A stretch of DNA of 64,000 bases. Origin: Macrostomum lignano (Eukaryota). A model generated the notes under the pieces. The model was not told the origin of the DNA. It saw only the letters and a list, made by a program, of their open reading frames with translations, and ran no database searches. Below are positions 62,756 to 64,000 of the stretch, one piece after another. Position 1 is the stretch's first letter. The number at the start of each line of letters is the position of its first letter. Location: contig NIVC01002741.1 of the NCBI GenBank assembly GCA_002269645.1, positions 62,001 through 126,000 on the forward strand. Reading direction: 5' to 3'. The position numbers and the translations under genes are program-made.

Positions 62756-63848
62756 ATGCTGGCGCAGCACCTTTGGCCGATGGCTGCTCTCTTTTTGACT
62801 GGCGCACTGCTCGGTGAGTTCGAGTTCGCTGTTGAGCATGGCTCTTATCTCTCTTTTGAAAAGTACCGTCAGACACTGTCGTGCGTTACTCGTTAGCTTT
62901 GGAGCCGCTCATTCGCACATTTCTCTTTTAGGCCGAGCTCAGGTCAATGCGAAGTCAAACGACACAATTAACTGCTACAGAGGCTGGGATGTTGATGTGA
63001 CTCCCGAATTTCCCAAGGGCATTGAGATCTGTCCCAGCTCGACCGTCTGCTCCGAGTTTCAAACGTGGAAGAACTTGAGAGAGTCCGGCCTTTATGTGAG
63101 CAGCTCATCATCTGATTTGCGCGATTTTACAGGCCTGGGTAACTCTGTTCTGAGCAGTGAATATTTGTTGGCTGCAAACAGTAACAATATACTATAATTT
63201 ACGCTTCAGGATCTCAATATGCACTGCGGACCCTGCTCTGTTCACCAAATCCAAGAAGGGAACTTGACGCAATGCCGCGAGTGCACCACGGATTTGTGCA
63301 ACGACAAATTCGCCAAGGAGCTGGTGCCGGAACTTCCTAATTTAATCATGTGCTACAATTCACGAGACTTTGAAGAGGAAAAGATTATTCATCCGACTGG
63401 GAGGCTGTGTCCCAGAAAACAGGGCTGCGGCACAGGTTTTTCTTCAAACGGTGTAAGTTGTCCAGTTTACTCAACCTTTTGTGTCTGCTCTAAACTAAGC
63501 TATCAGATTCCCAGCTGTCTTATTGATCCCAGCAAAGCGACTTGATCGCCCACTCTGCTCAAATTCCAGTTAACATTGGTCGACTGCGGGGACGACTGCG
63601 AGAAGTTAGGCTGGAAAATGTGCCGCCGCTGCTACAGCCACATGTGCAACGACAGGGGCGACTATTGGAATTACGGAGATCCAGATGCCAAACCGAGGCC
63701 TTTTATACAAGACAGGAAGCTTCTCAGCGATGAGGCAGTTTCTGTGAGCAGCCCGGTGACCCGACCGACCGGCCTGGTGTCCGTTCTCTCACTGGTGACA
63801 GCGCCGGCTCTGAGGCTGGTCTGGCATCAACAACTGCTCATGCCTTAG
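62756..63848 (+). CDS. Secreted/possibly GPI-anchored protein with two Ly6/uPAR-like (three-finger) 8-Cys domains, ~247 aa
   Basis: Exons 62756-62813, 62932-63095, 63210-63452, 63570-63848 (744 nt; phases 1,0,0). Signal-peptide exon; two domains each starting CY and ending C..C...CN; Ser/Pro spacer and hydrophobic C-terminus. Confidence 0.75.
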
Positions 63849-64000
63849 CTTGAATAGCTGCACTGTGTGCTCAGGACCCAAGTACTCAGTGAATTCAGTA
63901 GATGGACAGTAGATGGACTGGAATATTACATGCGCAATTAGAGTTGCTGCAGACTTACTCGTATTTAGTTTTAGCCAGCTCGACAAACGTAAAATGATGA

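Overview
Eukaryotic (animal) genomic DNA. GC-rich exons sit in introns and intergenic DNA packed with minisatellites. The architecture is most consistent with a free-living flatworm such as Macrostomum; that is an inference, not shown by the sequence. I reconstructed 11 protein-coding genes by hand, all with consistent splice phases: a secreted fibrinogen-related protein (+); a run of eight minus-strand genes (two paralogous intronless secreted prepropeptides, VPS37, a MYND-finger protein, two tandem ceramide synthases, a TBC1D24/skywalker-like protein and a 4-qRRM hnRNP F/H-like protein); MAGI (+, 9 exons); and a two-domain Ly6/uPAR-like protein (+). An AT-rich 10 kb spacer (36.7-46.8 kb) holds a 5'-truncated RTE-like LINE, a hAT-type MITE and a probable non-autonomous Helitron/Helentron-like element. 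About 35 tandem arrays account for nearly all the very long ORFs in the supplied track, which are spurious. The most novel candidate is the peptide gene pair at 3179-5054 (signal peptide + strongly acidic pro-region + short Pro/Arg/Tyr-rich cationic C-terminus), a candidate undescribed defence-peptide family next to a FReP gene. Splice models are manual predictions without transcript support, and array boundaries are approximate.
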